64,000 nucleotides of DNA. Origin: the human T2T-CHM13v2.0 reference genome, Homo sapiens. Below, one piece after another: positions 41,088 to 55,287 of this stretch (within the stretch, counting starts at the first letter, position 1; the number at the start of each line of letters is the position of its first letter). Below the pieces are notes generated by a model. The model was not told the origin of the DNA. It ran no database searches and saw only the letters and a program-made list of their open reading frames with translations. The position numbers and the translations under genes were made by a program. The DNA is taken from NCBI RefSeq assembly GCF_009914755.1, contig NC_060928.1; one strand, written 5' to 3'.

Positions 41088-42858
41088 TAAACTTTTAAGT
41101 TCAGGGGTACATGTGCAGGTTTGTTACATAGGATAACTGTGTCATGGTGATACAGGAGTTAAGAAGAAATCACTTAGGCAGATAGTGAGGGTACAGAAGT
41201 CCTCGGTAAGGCTTTTCTCTTTAATGAAAAGCAGCCCCAAATCATTGTCTAACAAAGAGCAGCCTGTAAAGTCAAGCGGCAGACATAGACGAGGAAGCTG
41301 GGAGCTTGCATGGGTGAATGCTGGCAGGAACTAGGAGCTAGACATGTTTAAGATGGCAGCTTCATCTTCCCTTCTCTGCCAGCCATGTGTACAGTAAGAA
41401 GCAGACAAGATGGCTCAGATCAACTGGAAAGCCCATTTGCATAATAAGATTAGGGTGAGACAACCGGCCTTTCCCCATCTGCTATGTAAATGTCATACCT
41501 GATCGAACCTATCTGTGAACCCTTTGTAAATCAGACACTGCCTCCTCAAACCTGACTATAAAATTCAATGCCACCTGCAGGTCTTTTCCATTCAGGGACC
41601 CCACTCTCTCTATAGAGAAAGCTGTTTCTCTTTCTCTTCTCTTCTGCCTATTAAACCTCCACTCCTAAACTCCTCTTGTTTGTCCATGTCTTAACATTTT
41701 CCTGGTGCACGACCACGAACCCCAGGGTATATACCCCAGACAACATAGTCACTTCTATGGGGGTTTATTGTACAGATTATTTCATCACCCAGGTATTAAA
41801 CCTAGTACCCATTAGTGATTTTTCCTGATCCTCTCCCTCCTCCCACCCTCCACCTTGAGATAGGCCCCAGTGTGTGTTGTTCCCCTCTATGTGTCCATGT
41901 GTTCTTATCATTTAGCTCCCACTTATAAGTGAGAGCATGAGGTATTTGGTTTTCTGTTCCTGCATTAGTTTGCTAAGGATAATGGCCTCCAGCTCCATCC
42001 ACATCCCTGTGAAGGATATGATCTCATTCTTTTTTATGGCTGCATAGTATTCCATGTTGTATATGTACCACATTTTCTTTACCCAGTCTATCATTGATGG
42101 GCATTTAGATTGATTCCATGTTTTTGCTATTGTGAATAGTGCTGCAATGAACATGTGTGCATGTGTCTTTATAATATAATGATTTATATTCCTTTGGGTA
42201 TATATCCAGTAATAGATTGCTGGCTCAAAAAGTAGTTCTGTCTTTAGGTCTCTGAGGAATCACCACACTGTCTTCCACAATGGTTGAACTAATTTACACT
42301 CCCATCAACAATGTATAAGCATTCCTTTTTCTCCACAACCTCACTAGCATCTGTTATTTTTTTATTTTCTTAACAGCCAATCTTACTGGTGTGAAATGGT
42401 TTCTCACTGTGGTTTTGATTTGCATTTCTCTAATGATTAGCGATACTGAGCTTTTTTATATAATTGTTGGCCACATGTATGTCTTCTTTGAGAAGTGTCT
42501 GTTCATATCCTTTGCCCACTTTTTAATGAGATTGTTTGTTTTTTCTTGTAAATTTGTTTAAGTTCCTTATAGACTTTTGATATCAGACCTTTGTTGAATG
42601 TAGTTTGCAAAATTTTTCTCCCATTCTGTGGGTTGTCTGTTTACTCTGTTGATAGTCTCTTTTGCTGTATAGAACCTCTTTAGTTTAATTAGATCCCATT
42701 TGTCAATTTTTGCTTTTGTTGCAATTGCTTTTGGTATGTTTGTCATGAAATCTTTGCCAGTGCCTATGTCCTGAATGGTATTGCCTAGGTTATCTTCTAG
42801 AGTTTTTATAGTTTTGGGTTTTACATTTAAGTCTTTAATCCATCTTGAGTTAATTTTT
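41088..42858 (-). mobile_element. 5'-truncated older L1PA (about L1PA10-13), interrupted by an LTR
   Basis: Antisense 3' end tttaagttcaggggtacatgtgcaggtttgttacatagg; ORF2 C-terminal ORF at 41912-42154. Confidence 0.9.
41148..41756 (+). mobile_element. ERV1 solo LTR (LTR9-like)
   Basis: Starts TGATACAGGAGTTAAGAAGAAAT; contains TATAAAA and ATTAAA; 4-bp TSD ATGG at 41144-47 and 41757-60. Confidence 0.85.
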
Positions 42859-42860
42859 GA

Positions 42861-43157
<297 letters not shown>

Positions 43158-43389
43158 AAAATTTTTAGGAATACAAATGGCCAATAATATAAAACATTTT
43201 TCAAATTCATTGAAATGGAACTATTACAGTGAGACACCATTTTTAACCATTGAATTTTAAAGATATTTTTGAAAAAGGAAAATACTAAGTATTGCTAAGA
43301 GAGAAGCAGTCATACATTGCTGTTGGCAATACAGACTGGAACCACATATCTGGAGAAAATTTAAGAATATGTACCAAGATTCTAATTAT

Positions 43390-43640
43390 TCCTAAATGCA
43401 CAGTGGCATCCTAGATTGAATCCTGGAACAGAATACTGACTTTAGTGGAAAAACTGGTGAACTCAAATAACATCTGTAGTTTAGTTAATAGTATCATACC
43501 AATGTTAATTTCTTAGTTTTGACAAATGAACCATGGTTATGTAAGATGTCAAAATTAGTAGAGGTTGAGTGAAGGAAATATAAGAACTTTGGACCATTTT
43601 TGCAATTTTTCTGTAACTTAAAATCATCCCCAAATTTTAA
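43390..43640 (+). mobile_element. L1MC/MD-like 3'UTR fragment
   Basis: atcctagattgaatcctggaacag...gtggaaaaactggtgaa...aatgttaatttcttagttttgacaaat. Confidence 0.75.
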
Positions 43641-43866
43641 AAATTAGGCATTTATGTCATTTAACCCAATAAATTCTACTCTAAGATACTAACTATGGGA
43701 GATAATCAGATGAAAAATAGTTTGGGATACGTTATTCATTGCAGTGATATATTTGAGAGCAATGGAGAAGAGAAATGGAAAGAAAAGAAAAAAAGGGGTA
43801 AAAAATCCACATGCTCAACACTATGGTCAATGGAATACCCACCCTCATCCATGCACAAAACAATTA

Positions 43867-44238
<372 letters not shown>

Positions 44239-44249
44239 GAAGAGGCTTA

Positions 44250-44705
44250 ATTCCTGAAAGGGGAAAAAAAGTTGAATGGATAAGAGAAACAAAATGTGTA
44301 GCATGTTAGTGATAAGTGTTAAGAAATAAAACTAGCAAGGGGATACAAAATGTCAGGGAGAGGTTACAATTTTAGGTGGCGAGACCAGGGAAGGTGGCCT
44401 CACTGGGAGGGTGATTTTTAAGTGAACAGCCAAGGAATTGAGGTGTGAGCCCTGTAGATATCTAGGAAAGGAACACCCCAGGCAGAGGGAACAGCAAGTC
44501 CAAAGCCCTCATAGTGAGCGTGTGCCTGCAAGGTCTGAGGAACAGCAGCAGGGAAACAGCACAGCTGAAGCAGAGTGAATGGACAAAAGAGAGTAGCGGA
44601 TAGTGGTGCGGGGGAGCGCGTGGGGTAAAGACTTGCTCTTATCTGAATAAAATGGGAGCTATGGGAGAGTTTTTAGCAGAGAAGGGACATGATCTGACTT
44701 ACAAT
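44250..44705 (-). mobile_element. L2 fragment
   Basis: ccaggcagagggaacagcaagtccaaagccct...gacatgatctgacttaca. Confidence 0.75.
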
Positions 44706-44850
44706 GTATATGTTTGATTTTTGTTTTACTCTTAATTCTTTTCTACATTTCTCAAATTTTCTATAACGAACATCTATTCCTTGAAAAAATAAAGGAACAA
44801 TGTCCTACCAGATTGCGATAGCTTGCCTGGAAACAATTGAGTTATTTCTT

Positions 44851-45152
<302 letters not shown>

Positions 45153-45295
45153 TGAGATATTTCTTATTGAGTTATTTCTTATAGCACAGAGCCTATTTGG
45201 TTCATGATACTTTAATACTCATCTGTAAAATGAAAGCCTCAATAGCTCTTACTAAAGCATACTAAGAATGTTTAATTGAAAACATCTTTAGTCTA

Positions 45296-45608
<313 letters not shown>

Positions 45609-45894
45609 AAAACTTTTAGTCTAAAATGATGATATGCTAGAGTTTAATTACAGAATTTTAGAACTAAAAGGGAGTTTAGAGATTATCTAATTTAGTCTCC
45701 TAGTAGATGAACTAAAGGAGACTAAAATCTATGTTCTGACCCCTGGTCTAATTTCACCATATTAAAAAAAAAAAAGAGAGAGAGAGAGAGAGAGTAAGAG
45801 AGATATATTGAGAGTAAGCTGCCAAATCTTAAGGACCTACCAAAAACAATCGCAGGTAGGATTCTTACTTCATATTGTTTCAAGCACCTACGTT

Positions 45895-46724
45895 AAATGG
45901 TATTATTTTTAAATATACATAAATGTAAAGCTATTCACTTATTCATTCAAGAAATATGTTGAATGGTTAGTATATGCCAAACACTGTTAAAATATTTAAG
46001 ATGAAGAATTTTGAAGATTTTTTTTTCTGTCTCAAAGAAAAAAATCTTAAAGGCAAAAGTTACATTGGAGGCTGGGTGCAGTGGCTCACGCCTGTAATAC
46101 CAACACTTTGGGAGGCTAAGGTGAGCAGATTACCTGAGGTCAGGAGTTCGAGACCAGCCTGGCCAAAATGGTGAAACTCTGTCTCTACTAAAAATACAAA
46201 AAAAAAAATTAGCCGGGCATGGTGCTACACGCTTGTAGTCCCAGCTACTTGGGAGGCTGAGGCAGGAGAATCGCTTGAACCCAGGAGGCAGAGGTTGCAG
46301 TGAGCCAAGATAGCTCACTGCACTCCAGCCTGGGCAACAGAGCAAGACTCTATCTCAAAAAAAAAAAAAGTTACATTGGTTGTTAAATAATTTTCCCTGG
46401 GGGCCTGGGATTAATGTAATACCATTTAGCTGTATATCTGTATATGCTGTATATTCTTTCTGCCCTATTAATAAGAAACGTAATTGTAGGAAAAACAATA
46501 AAGGCTTGCTCCTCTCAGGAAACATCTGACCAGGTACACAAAGATAAGTTGGAGACAGAAACTCCTGAGGGACCACAACTCAAGCCTGTGGTGGGAGTTA
46601 CTGCATGAAATGGCATTGTTTTTAAATAGCCATAAATTTCAAGCTATTCACTTATTCATTCAAAAAATATGTTGAATGGTTAGTATATGCCAACACTGTT
46701 AAAATCTTTAAGATGAAGAATTTT
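45895..46724 (+). repeat. ~118-bp direct duplication (45895-46012 and 46608-46724)
   Basis: aaatgg.att.tttttaaata..cataaat.t.aagctattcacttattcattcaa...aagatgaagaatttt occurs twice. Confidence 0.95.
46070..46365 (+). mobile_element. AluS
   Basis: TSD AAAAGTTACATTGG. Confidence 0.95.
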
Positions 46725-46758
46725 CCCTAAATGCACCTCAGTATAACTCTGAACATAG

Positions 46759-47557
46759 TGAAACTACCTTTGCAGAATTGTTAAGTAATGAGAGAAATCT
46801 AACATGACTGACTGTCTTGCTTTTAACCTCAACCTCACAGGCTCTTCTCTTTTCCTCTCCTCTTTTTCTTTTCTCTTTTTTCTTTCTTTTTGTTGTTGTT
46901 TATTCTAGCATGGAGGCCAAGATAATATGAAGGGAATTTAGTTTATAGTTAAACTTTGAAGCAAGGAAAACTGAATCCCCTCTTGCTGGAGACTAATGCT
47001 GCATTCATAACACAAGATTAGAATTATGGTTGGGGCTTGAACCTTGCTAAAGAATAAGCATGGTTAAACAATAACCTACTGCTGCTTAGCTTGCTTTTCT
47101 ATACATTGCTTTCTGCTCCAAAGTCACATGAGAGGTCATAAGATTTGTAACTCCCCAGCTACTCCTATAGATAACATAACTATTGTGAAACCTAAAGAAC
47201 TGGTCTTTAAGATATTTTTCAGATTTAGCATTTCAACAAAGAGATACCACTTGGTTCTGAGAACACCCTTTCCCCCTTCCCTGGGAAGACTTAGCTGTGT
47301 GAAGACAATTTAGACACCTCTGTGATTTCATCTTCAGCCAATCAATTGTTTCAGTTTCCCCACTACCTGCCTACCAATTTACCCTTAAAAACTTTACCCT
47401 CTGAATTATTGGAGAGACAGATTTGAGAAATTTCTCCCATTCCCCTCATTTGTCTGGCCCCACAATAATTAAACTCTTTCTTTGCTGCAATACTTGCTGT
47501 TCTCAGTGCATTGGTTTTTCTGAGCAGCAGGCAAGAAGAACCTGTCAGTCTATGACA
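46759..47557 (+). mobile_element. ERV1 solo LTR (LTR8-like)
   Basis: TGAAACTACCTTTGCA...ATTAAActctttc...ggcaagaagaacc...gaCA. Confidence 0.8.
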
Positions 47558-48587
47558 ACGATGGGACAATGAGGACTGAACCAGGAGTGTGGCACACTTC
47601 AGACCCAAGTCCTGCCCCTGCTTATAACTAGCTATGTGATCTCTTTGGTCTGTTTCTTCATCTATCAAAGATTAGAAAGATGATCTCTCAGATCTCTGTG
47701 TAGCTTTATTATTCCATTGTTACACCCTCCCTGCTGAGCATCTTGGCTGTGTCTGTAAACTAATAATCTAATGTCTCCGTTGTCCCCCAACTGCCATTTC
47801 CTCTGAAGCTCTCAGATGTAAGGAGTTAAAAAGTCTCTGGGTAACTCTCTCCTCTCTGCCTTTCTGCTACTTACCTACAGTGGCATGTCCAGGAGTAAAT
47901 ATAGATGGTGGAAAGAGGACTGCACTGGAAAACAAGGCACCTGGGCTGGAGCCCTGGTTCTGCAACTGCCTCTCTGTGTAACTTTTGGTAAGCACTCAAC
48001 TTTCTTGGGCCTTAATTTTCCCTGCTGCCACAGACTAGAGTTCTTCTAGATCCATGGTTCTCATCTATGGCAGTATTTTAGAACCACTTGGGGTGTTTGA
48101 TAAAAATACTGATGCCTAGATTTCACCCCAGGCCAATTAAATCAGAACCTTACCAGGGTTAGGCCTGAGCAGAAATAATTGCAAAAAGTGGCCAACGCTA
48201 AATAAAATTTATTTGTAAAAGCAAAGGGCCAAGAATAGTCAAAACAATCATGGTAGCAGATGTCAAGACTCCTTATAAAACTACAATAAGCAAGGCAGGG
48301 TAGCACTGGCACGAAGACAAATAGACCAATAGACCTACACACATAAGAGCACCTGATTTGTCACAAAGATGCCCCTGCAGTATGCTGGGGGAAAGAGTGG
48401 AAATTTCAATAAATGGTGCATATTAACTGCCTATCAGTAAAGGAATAAATGAACCCTGACTCCCTATCTCACACCATGTCTTAAAAACAATTCCTGACGG
48501 GTGATAGACCTACAAGTGAAAAGTAAAACACAGCATAGAAAATAACATAAAAATAACACAGAAAAGTCTCTTTACCATCTTGGGCTT

Positions 48588-49501
48588 GTGTGGTAGCCAG
48601 AGTCCAAGATGGCCCCTGATGATTCTTTATATGGTTCCCTCCCACACTGAATAACACTGACTTGTATAACCACTAGGCTATTGCAGAAATGATGTGCAGC
48701 TTTTGAAGCTAGGTCATAAAAAAACATTGTGGTTCCTGCCTTGCTCTTTTGGGTCACTTGCTCCAAGGGAAGCCAGCTGCTGTCACATGAGGACACACAA
48801 GCAGCCCTGTGGAGATGCTTACGTGACAAGGCACCAAGGCCTCCTGCTAACAGCCAGTAAGAATATGGTACATCCTGTCAACAGCCATGTACCATATGTG
48901 AGCAAGCCATCTCGAAAACAGACATTCCTGTTCCTGTCGAGCCTTTAGATGATTGCAGACTTAGACAACATTTTGACTATAGTTTCATGAAGAACCATTA
49001 GCTACAGCCACCCAGCTAAGTCACCCCTGATTCCTTGATCAAAACAAAGTGTGAGATTTTTTTTTTCTTTTTTTGACCACAAAGCTGTGGTAATTTGTCA
49101 CACAGTGATATGGTTTGGCTGTGTCCCCACCCAAATCTCATCTTGAATTGTAGTTCCCATAATCCCCACGTGTCATGGGATGGACCTGGTGGGAGGTAAC
49201 TGAATCATGGGGGCAGTTACCCGATGCTGTTCTCATGATAGTGAGTTCTCACAAGATCTCATGGTTTTATAAGGGGCTTTCCCCCCTTTTCTTGGCACTT
49301 CTCTTTCCTGCTGCCTTGTGAGGAAAGCGCCTTGCTTCCCCTTCACCTTCTGCCATGATTGTAAGTTTCCTGAGGCCTCCCCAGCCATCTGGAACTGTGA
49401 ATCAATTAAACCTCTTTTCTTTATAAATTACCCAGTCTCAATTATTTCTTCATAGCAGCGGGAGAACAGACTAATACACAGGGTAATAGAGAACTAATGC
49501 A
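48588..49501 (+). mobile_element. MLT1F-like LTR interrupted by THE1
   Basis: Starts tgtggtagccagagtccaagatggcccc; ends aatagagaactaatgca. Confidence 0.8.
49106..49478 (+). mobile_element. THE1 (C/D-like) solo LTR
   Basis: TGATATGGTTTGGCTGTGTCCCCACCCAAATCTCATCTTGAATTGTAG...GACTAATACA. Confidence 0.92.
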
Positions 49502-49858
49502 TACTTCACTCAGCTGCCAGATTACTCTCTTTAAGGTACGGTTGTGCCCAGACCTTGGTTTCTAATACCATTTCCACTCAGAGGAACCAGAGCTTCTAAA
49601 TGAAAATGGCTGTTTCTGGAGCTAGGTCAGAAGAGGTACAAGATGAGCCTTGTTATGTCCAAAAATCAGGAAGTGAGAAGATGGTGAGGAATCAAGAAGT
49701 GAGAAGATAGTGGGGAAATGTCACAAAGGAACCATCTTGGAGAGATTCCCACTGGCCAAATCTGGTTCAATTGGAAAATCAAAATAATTAAATAAATACA
49801 GTAATGAATTATATACCTTTGGAAAGACTAAGAATTCATGAGTACATATTGAAAATAA

Positions 49859-50063
49859 GTCTCTGAGTTGGTTCGGTGACCAGGGTCATACTTCCCAATA
49901 CTTCACTCTTTCCACACAGAGAAATGAAGCACAACTCCAATAACAGGGTGAGGGTGCAAGTCAGGGACCACAGAAGTCACTACTGGGCTCCTGAAAGCCC
50001 AAGGCCACATTTGGGAAACGATCTGCACTTCTGGCAAAAGTGCAAGAGGGGCAGTGGTGGCCC
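49859..50063 (+). repeat. Dispersed local duplication, copy A (of 53088-53334)
   Basis: 182 nt align without gaps to 53088-53269 with 6 mismatches; a further 18 nt (50046-63) match 53317-34. Confidence 0.97.
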
Positions 50064-51059
50064 CAGAAGAAATATTTTAATAAAGAAGATACACGAATGG
50101 CTAATAAGCACATAAAAATGCTCAACATCATTAGTAATTAGGGAAGAGAATTAAGTGTACCTTTTCACACACACTAGGATGGCTATAACAGATAAACAGA
50201 AAATAACAAGTGTTGGTGAAGATGTGGAGAAAAAGGAACTCATATATTGCTGGTGGTTATAAAATTTGTGTAGTCATTTTGGAAACAGTTTTGTAGTTTC
50301 TCAAAAAGTTAAACACAAAACTACCCAAGAGAAATGAAAATGTACGTCCAAGCTGGGTGCAGTGGTACATGTCTGTAATTCCAGCTACTCAGAAAGCTGA
50401 GGTGAGAGGACTGCTTGAGAGGAGTTGGAGACCAGCCTGGCCAACATAGCAAGACTCCTTGCTTGTGAATGTTCATAGCAGCATTATTCATAATTCCAAA
50501 CTGGAACCAACCTCAATGTCTATCAACTGCTAAATGTATAGACAAAACTGGTAAAGCCATACAATGGAATACTATTCAGCAATAAAAAGTAACTAACAGC
50601 TGATACACGGTACATCATAAGGCCCCTTGAACTGAGGCATCAAATGCAAGAAGAGGTGGAAGCTATTTGAGTGAGGTGGGGGGGCAGGAAATAATAGGCT
50701 CAAATTTTGATAAGTTACGTTTGAAGTATCTGATAAGTATTTGAAGTATCAAGGAGAGGTGAGCAATAAACAATTAAAAATGGATGTTTGTGTTTGAGAA
50801 ACAAGATTCTGCATGCCGGAAATCAGATGGTATAAACATATGACTCTTACAGTCTTCAGGTAGAACCATTGGGAATCACTGTGGGAAACTTGCAGCTCTG
50901 GGGTTTATTAGTAAGAATGTCCAAATATATTAATTGGCCTAATTTTTATGATAATATTACTATAACAGCAAAAGCTCCAAATCTAAACATAGATAATGTT
51001 TACTGGAGAACATCTCCCTCCTTTTTTCCCCTCTAGAAGCAGGGGTACTGTCTAACAAG

Positions 51060-51480
51060 TATGGAATTGTGAAAAGCATGAGAGCCTTGAGGTCAGAGTG
51101 GGATAAAATCTGAGCCTGGTCAGTTATTACGTGAGCTACATTTAATAAATGGTTGAAATGCTCCAAACCTGTTTCTTCATTTTAGATGAGGATAGCACGA
51201 AAGCCTGAGGGTTGTTATGAAAAGGCAAAACAGCATGTAGTCAAGAACACGACCCCTGAAAACAAACTGTCCTGAATTTGAAGTCTGCCAGTGCCATTCA
51301 TTAGCTGTGTGGCCTTGGCTAAGTTTCTGAACCTTTTTGGGCCTCAACGTTCTTACCCGTAAAAGATGGGTACCCTTAGCACCTACCACATAGGGTTATT
51401 GTGAGAATTTAATGAATGAATTCACATGTAGTACCCAGAATGGTGTAAAAATAGCAATGGGCTCAATAAATGCTGATATT
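51060..51480 (+). mobile_element. MIR fragments
   Basis: tagctgtgtggccttgg..aagtttctgaacctt..tgggcctca....c...gtaaaa, the MIR core. Confidence 0.75.
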
Positions 51481-53087
51481 ACATGCAAAACCATTTAACC
51501 TAACTGAGTGGTATATAAAAATTGCTCAAAGGGATGGCCATCATTATTATCATTGTTTTTAAGGCTAGTGAATGGTTAGTTTTCATTGCATAAAACTTCA
51601 TACCTGGAAATCCTAAGAAAACAAATCAGAAGGTATAATTTATGTGAAAGGCCACATTCTGTAGGTGGTTCCCCCCTTGGGTAGTAATGAATGTGTACTG
51701 CATGGTTCTCATTGTCCAACTTAGTGAGTCTTATGATCTCATGCAAGCATTTTGGAGACTGCTGGCTGAGGTTAGAAAAATAGTTCATTCTCAATAATTC
51801 AGAAATCCTTCCCTTCCCATAAAATAGAAAAAGAATCCTGACCTATACTCAATGAAACCCCAGAGCCACTAATACTTATGGTAAAATAGGCTATTGTCAC
51901 CCTCTGTGTGCAAAATCTGTGTTTGGGGTGAAATGAACATTTCATCTCCTTAGCAAGAGTCCAAATAAATTCTCACCCAGATTGCAGAATATGCCTAAAA
52001 CCCTGAATCAAGATTGCATAAGCTGTACTACACATCACCTTCTTTTTTCCAAAGGCAGCATTTTATACAAATGTTTGTTTTGCGTGTGTTTTGACTACTT
52101 CGATCCCAGGAATCCTATGCTTCGCAGTTTCTAGACTTTAATTTCAACTCGTTATTTTGGAAGGCCATAATGCTCTGTAAGTGGAATAAAGGTTTTCTAA
52201 GTAGAGGAGAAAATGGAGGTAGAAAGCACCTGGTATTACAACAACTGCTAGCATGATGAGAAAAACCAAGATATTTAAGGTCTGCCAGGATAAATTTTTT
52301 TTCTAAAAGCTCAAGAGCACAGAATTACTTGGTAAGTTATTCAGTATTATTAGAGATTTTACTTTATATGTCTTATAAGTCATCCTGAGAGCATGTTTCA
52401 GTTTGCCATACAAATACATGATCATTCCCTTCTGAACTAATGATGTCTTAATTATGCAAATCATATGATTATTTCCTTGAAAACTCTGCTGACAAGAGTG
52501 GCAATGTCACCCATCTTTAATTTTGCAGTAGGAAGCTTTTGATTGAACTTTCTGGACTTTGCTGTCATGCCACCCTGAGCAGCCACAGCCTCTGGTTTTC
52601 TGCCATATGAAATTTTTAAATTGCTCAACAAAACAGGAGAGGCAACATTAATTTTTCACTTTTTATCCATAAGCCAGAAATTATTAATTTCTCACAAATA
52701 GAAGGAAAATCCCAACTTACTCAATGAATCCCAACCCCAAATGCTCCTGGCTGTTAAAAAATCCTGTGCTTGGGTCGATGCATCTATCACCTGACAGTGT
52801 CAGTACTGTGTCAGCTCGACTCTCTCTGCCTGCCTACTTCATAAAGCTTGAAGACCAGAAAAGCATTGATATTTTTTGCCCACCACTGCTCTGTTGGAGG
52901 CAAAGGACCTACTTTATGCACTGCTTCTCCTGCACTCAGAGCCCACCATCATGTATGTTGTTAGATAATGCTTCTTTGATGTCTATTTTTTAAGTACTAT
53001 AATTATCCATTTATAGTACAAAAATAAAAGTAGTCATTACTTACTCTGTTCTCTGTGCCAGCCCTTTCCTTTGCCAAAGCACTTGCT

Positions 53088-53334
53088 GTCTCTGAGTTGG
53101 TTTGGTGACCAGGGTCATATTTCCCAATACTTCACTCTTTCCACACAGAGAAATGAAGCACAACTCCAATAATAGGGTGAGGGTGCAAGTCAGGGACCAC
53201 AGAAGTCACTACTGGGCTCCTGAAAACCCAAGGCCACATTTGGGAAATGATTTGCACTTCTGGCAAAAGAAGAATGATTCTATTGTAACTGTCATCTGAT
53301 CAGCACTAGGCAGGAGGAGGGGCAGTGGTGGCCC
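53088..53334 (+). repeat. Dispersed local duplication, copy B (probable donor)
   Basis: See copy A; this copy has 47 extra nt and lies in unique DNA. Confidence 0.97.
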
Positions 53335-53528
53335 TCCCACTTTAGAAGATGGTAAGTGGTGTTAGACTATTAGTAGAAAACAGCTGGAATGTTGTTTGTC
53401 CAACTATTTCTTTTGAGAGATGACATTGGAGCCAAAGGAGGGTAAGTGTTTGTAGAAGGTCATACGGCACACTAGTGACTATGCCAGGACACTGAATTCT
53501 GGCTACAGTGCTCCTTTCTTTACATCAC

Positions 53529-53834
53529 TTTTTGTTTTGTTTTGTTTGAGACAGGGTCTCACGCTATCACCCAGGCTGGAGTGCAGTGGCATGATCACAG
53601 CTGACTGTTGCCTTGACCTTCCTGGACTCAGGTGATCCTCCCATTGCAGCCTCCCTAGTAGCTGGGACTACAGGCAAGCACCACCATGTCCAGCTAATTT
53701 TTTTTTTTTTTTTTTGTAGAAACAGGGTTTTACCATGTTGCCCAGGCTGGTCTCAAACTCCTGGGCCCAAGTGATCTGTCCACCTTGGCCTCTCAAAGTG
53801 CTGGGATTATAGGCATGAGCCACTGCACCTGGCC
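53529..53834 (-). mobile_element. AluJ
   Basis: Antisense Alu dimer. Confidence 0.93.
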
Positions 53835-53904
53835 ACATCACATCTTTACATACTATAGATACCTCAGATTTGAGAATTGTTAAAAAAAAAATACTGCAGC
53901 AGTA

Positions 53905-54247
53905 TTGTGGACTGAATGTTTGTGTCCTCTCAAAATTCTTATGTTGAATCCTAATGTGAAGATATCTGGAGGTGAGCCTTAGGGAGGTGATTAGGTCATG
54001 AGGGCAGGCTCTCATGAATGGGATTAGACCTTATAAAAGAGACCCCAGAGAGCTAGCTCCCTTGTCCCTTCTATCACGTGAGGTTACAATGAGAAGGAGT
54101 CATCTGTGAACCAGGAAGGAGGATGAATCTGCTTGTGCCTTGATCTGGACTTCCAAGCCTCCAGAATTGTGAGAAATAAATTTCTATTGTTTATAACCCA
54201 CCAAACTAGTGGTATTTTGTTATAGCATCCCAAGTAGACTAAGACAA
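53905..54247 (+). mobile_element. MLT1A-like solo LTR
   Basis: tgtggactgaatgtttgtgtcc...ggtgattaggtcatgagggc...agactaagaca. Confidence 0.85.
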
Positions 54248-55269
54248 GTGGCTATTTTTTCTTTCCCAAGGAAAATAATTACAGATCTGAAAATGTACCA
54301 TTCTGAAGCATCACTGCTGTCCATTACACACAAATTTCATTAAAAAATATATGACAACACTGTAATTAGACTATGTTCGGCCTTGGATTGACACAAGTTG
54401 TAAATGAGGACTAAAAACCCACCTAATCATCCTCCCAATCTATCATCCTAGCTTCATCTCTAACCACACCTAATTCCTCACCCCCTTTTCCTGTTGCTTT
54501 AATTTCTCATGCTTCTGCCTTTGAATTTGTTGCTTCCTCTGAAGCAAATTCTCTGTTCTTCATAAATTGACTCATGCTTCAAGTTACTAAGTTTGTCTAT
54601 GCAATCTTCATTTTTCATTTATACCCTATAGGTTTTTGCATTTGCTACAGTCTAGCACTTAACAGATTTTATTATTTGAACCTAACACTTTCTCTTCAGC
54701 CAGTAGTGATCTCCCAAGCCTAACATGGGGCTCAACAACAGTGCTTTCTGAAATTTTTTTTACAGAATTATATATAAAGATGAGATCAAAGCAAAAAAAA
54801 AGTGAACACAGGATCCACTATGACAGTTACTTCTAGTAGGCGGAGGACTTCTTTGATGTTCGTGGGTCTTTATTATATACTATTAAATTAAATATGGCCT
54901 AAAGTTCTCTCCATACATAGTAAACTGTAACCTATCTTAATATGTAAACAAACTACAATCTAACTTGAGAGTATATTCTTGTAACAAGTAGCTAGGTCTC
55001 AGCCAATCATAGCAACTGAGATTTCAGCCAATTACAGGCTGCAACTGCTCAGACCATGATAAAATAAGGCAGATAAACAGTTGTAACAAATCAGGTTATT
55101 TCTATATGTCACTTTCTTTTTCTGTCTATAAATACTACCTATCCACTATTGCTGGGTGAAGCTCTCTGAATTGTTACTGGTTCAAGGTGCTACCCAATTC
55201 ATGAACCACTTCTTTGCTCAAATAAACTCTACTAAATTTTATTTGTCTAAAGTATTTATTTTAATAGAT

Positions 55270-55287
55270 TGGTGTCAGAAGTGGGAC
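55270..55287 (+). promoter_or_regulatory. Retroviral primer-binding site, tRNA-Leu(CAA)-type
   Basis: TGGTGTCAGAAGTGGGAC, 3 nt after the 5'LTR; 17/18 complementary to the tRNA-Leu 3' end (…ATCCCACTTCTGACACCA) as recalled. Confidence 0.85.

Noticed and set aside
49664-49717. Short tandem duplications (26-mer here; similar at 14794-14822, 15831-15848, 36406-36435, 40920-40946, 50720-50750)
   Set aside because: Two-copy slippage events with no spacer structure; not CRISPR-like and common in mammalian DNA.
49876-53299. Two near-identical ORFs (MTRVILPNTSLFPH…) as a small paralogous gene pair
   Set aside because: Non-ATG starts and no splice or promoter context; a by-product of the 182-bp DNA duplication.
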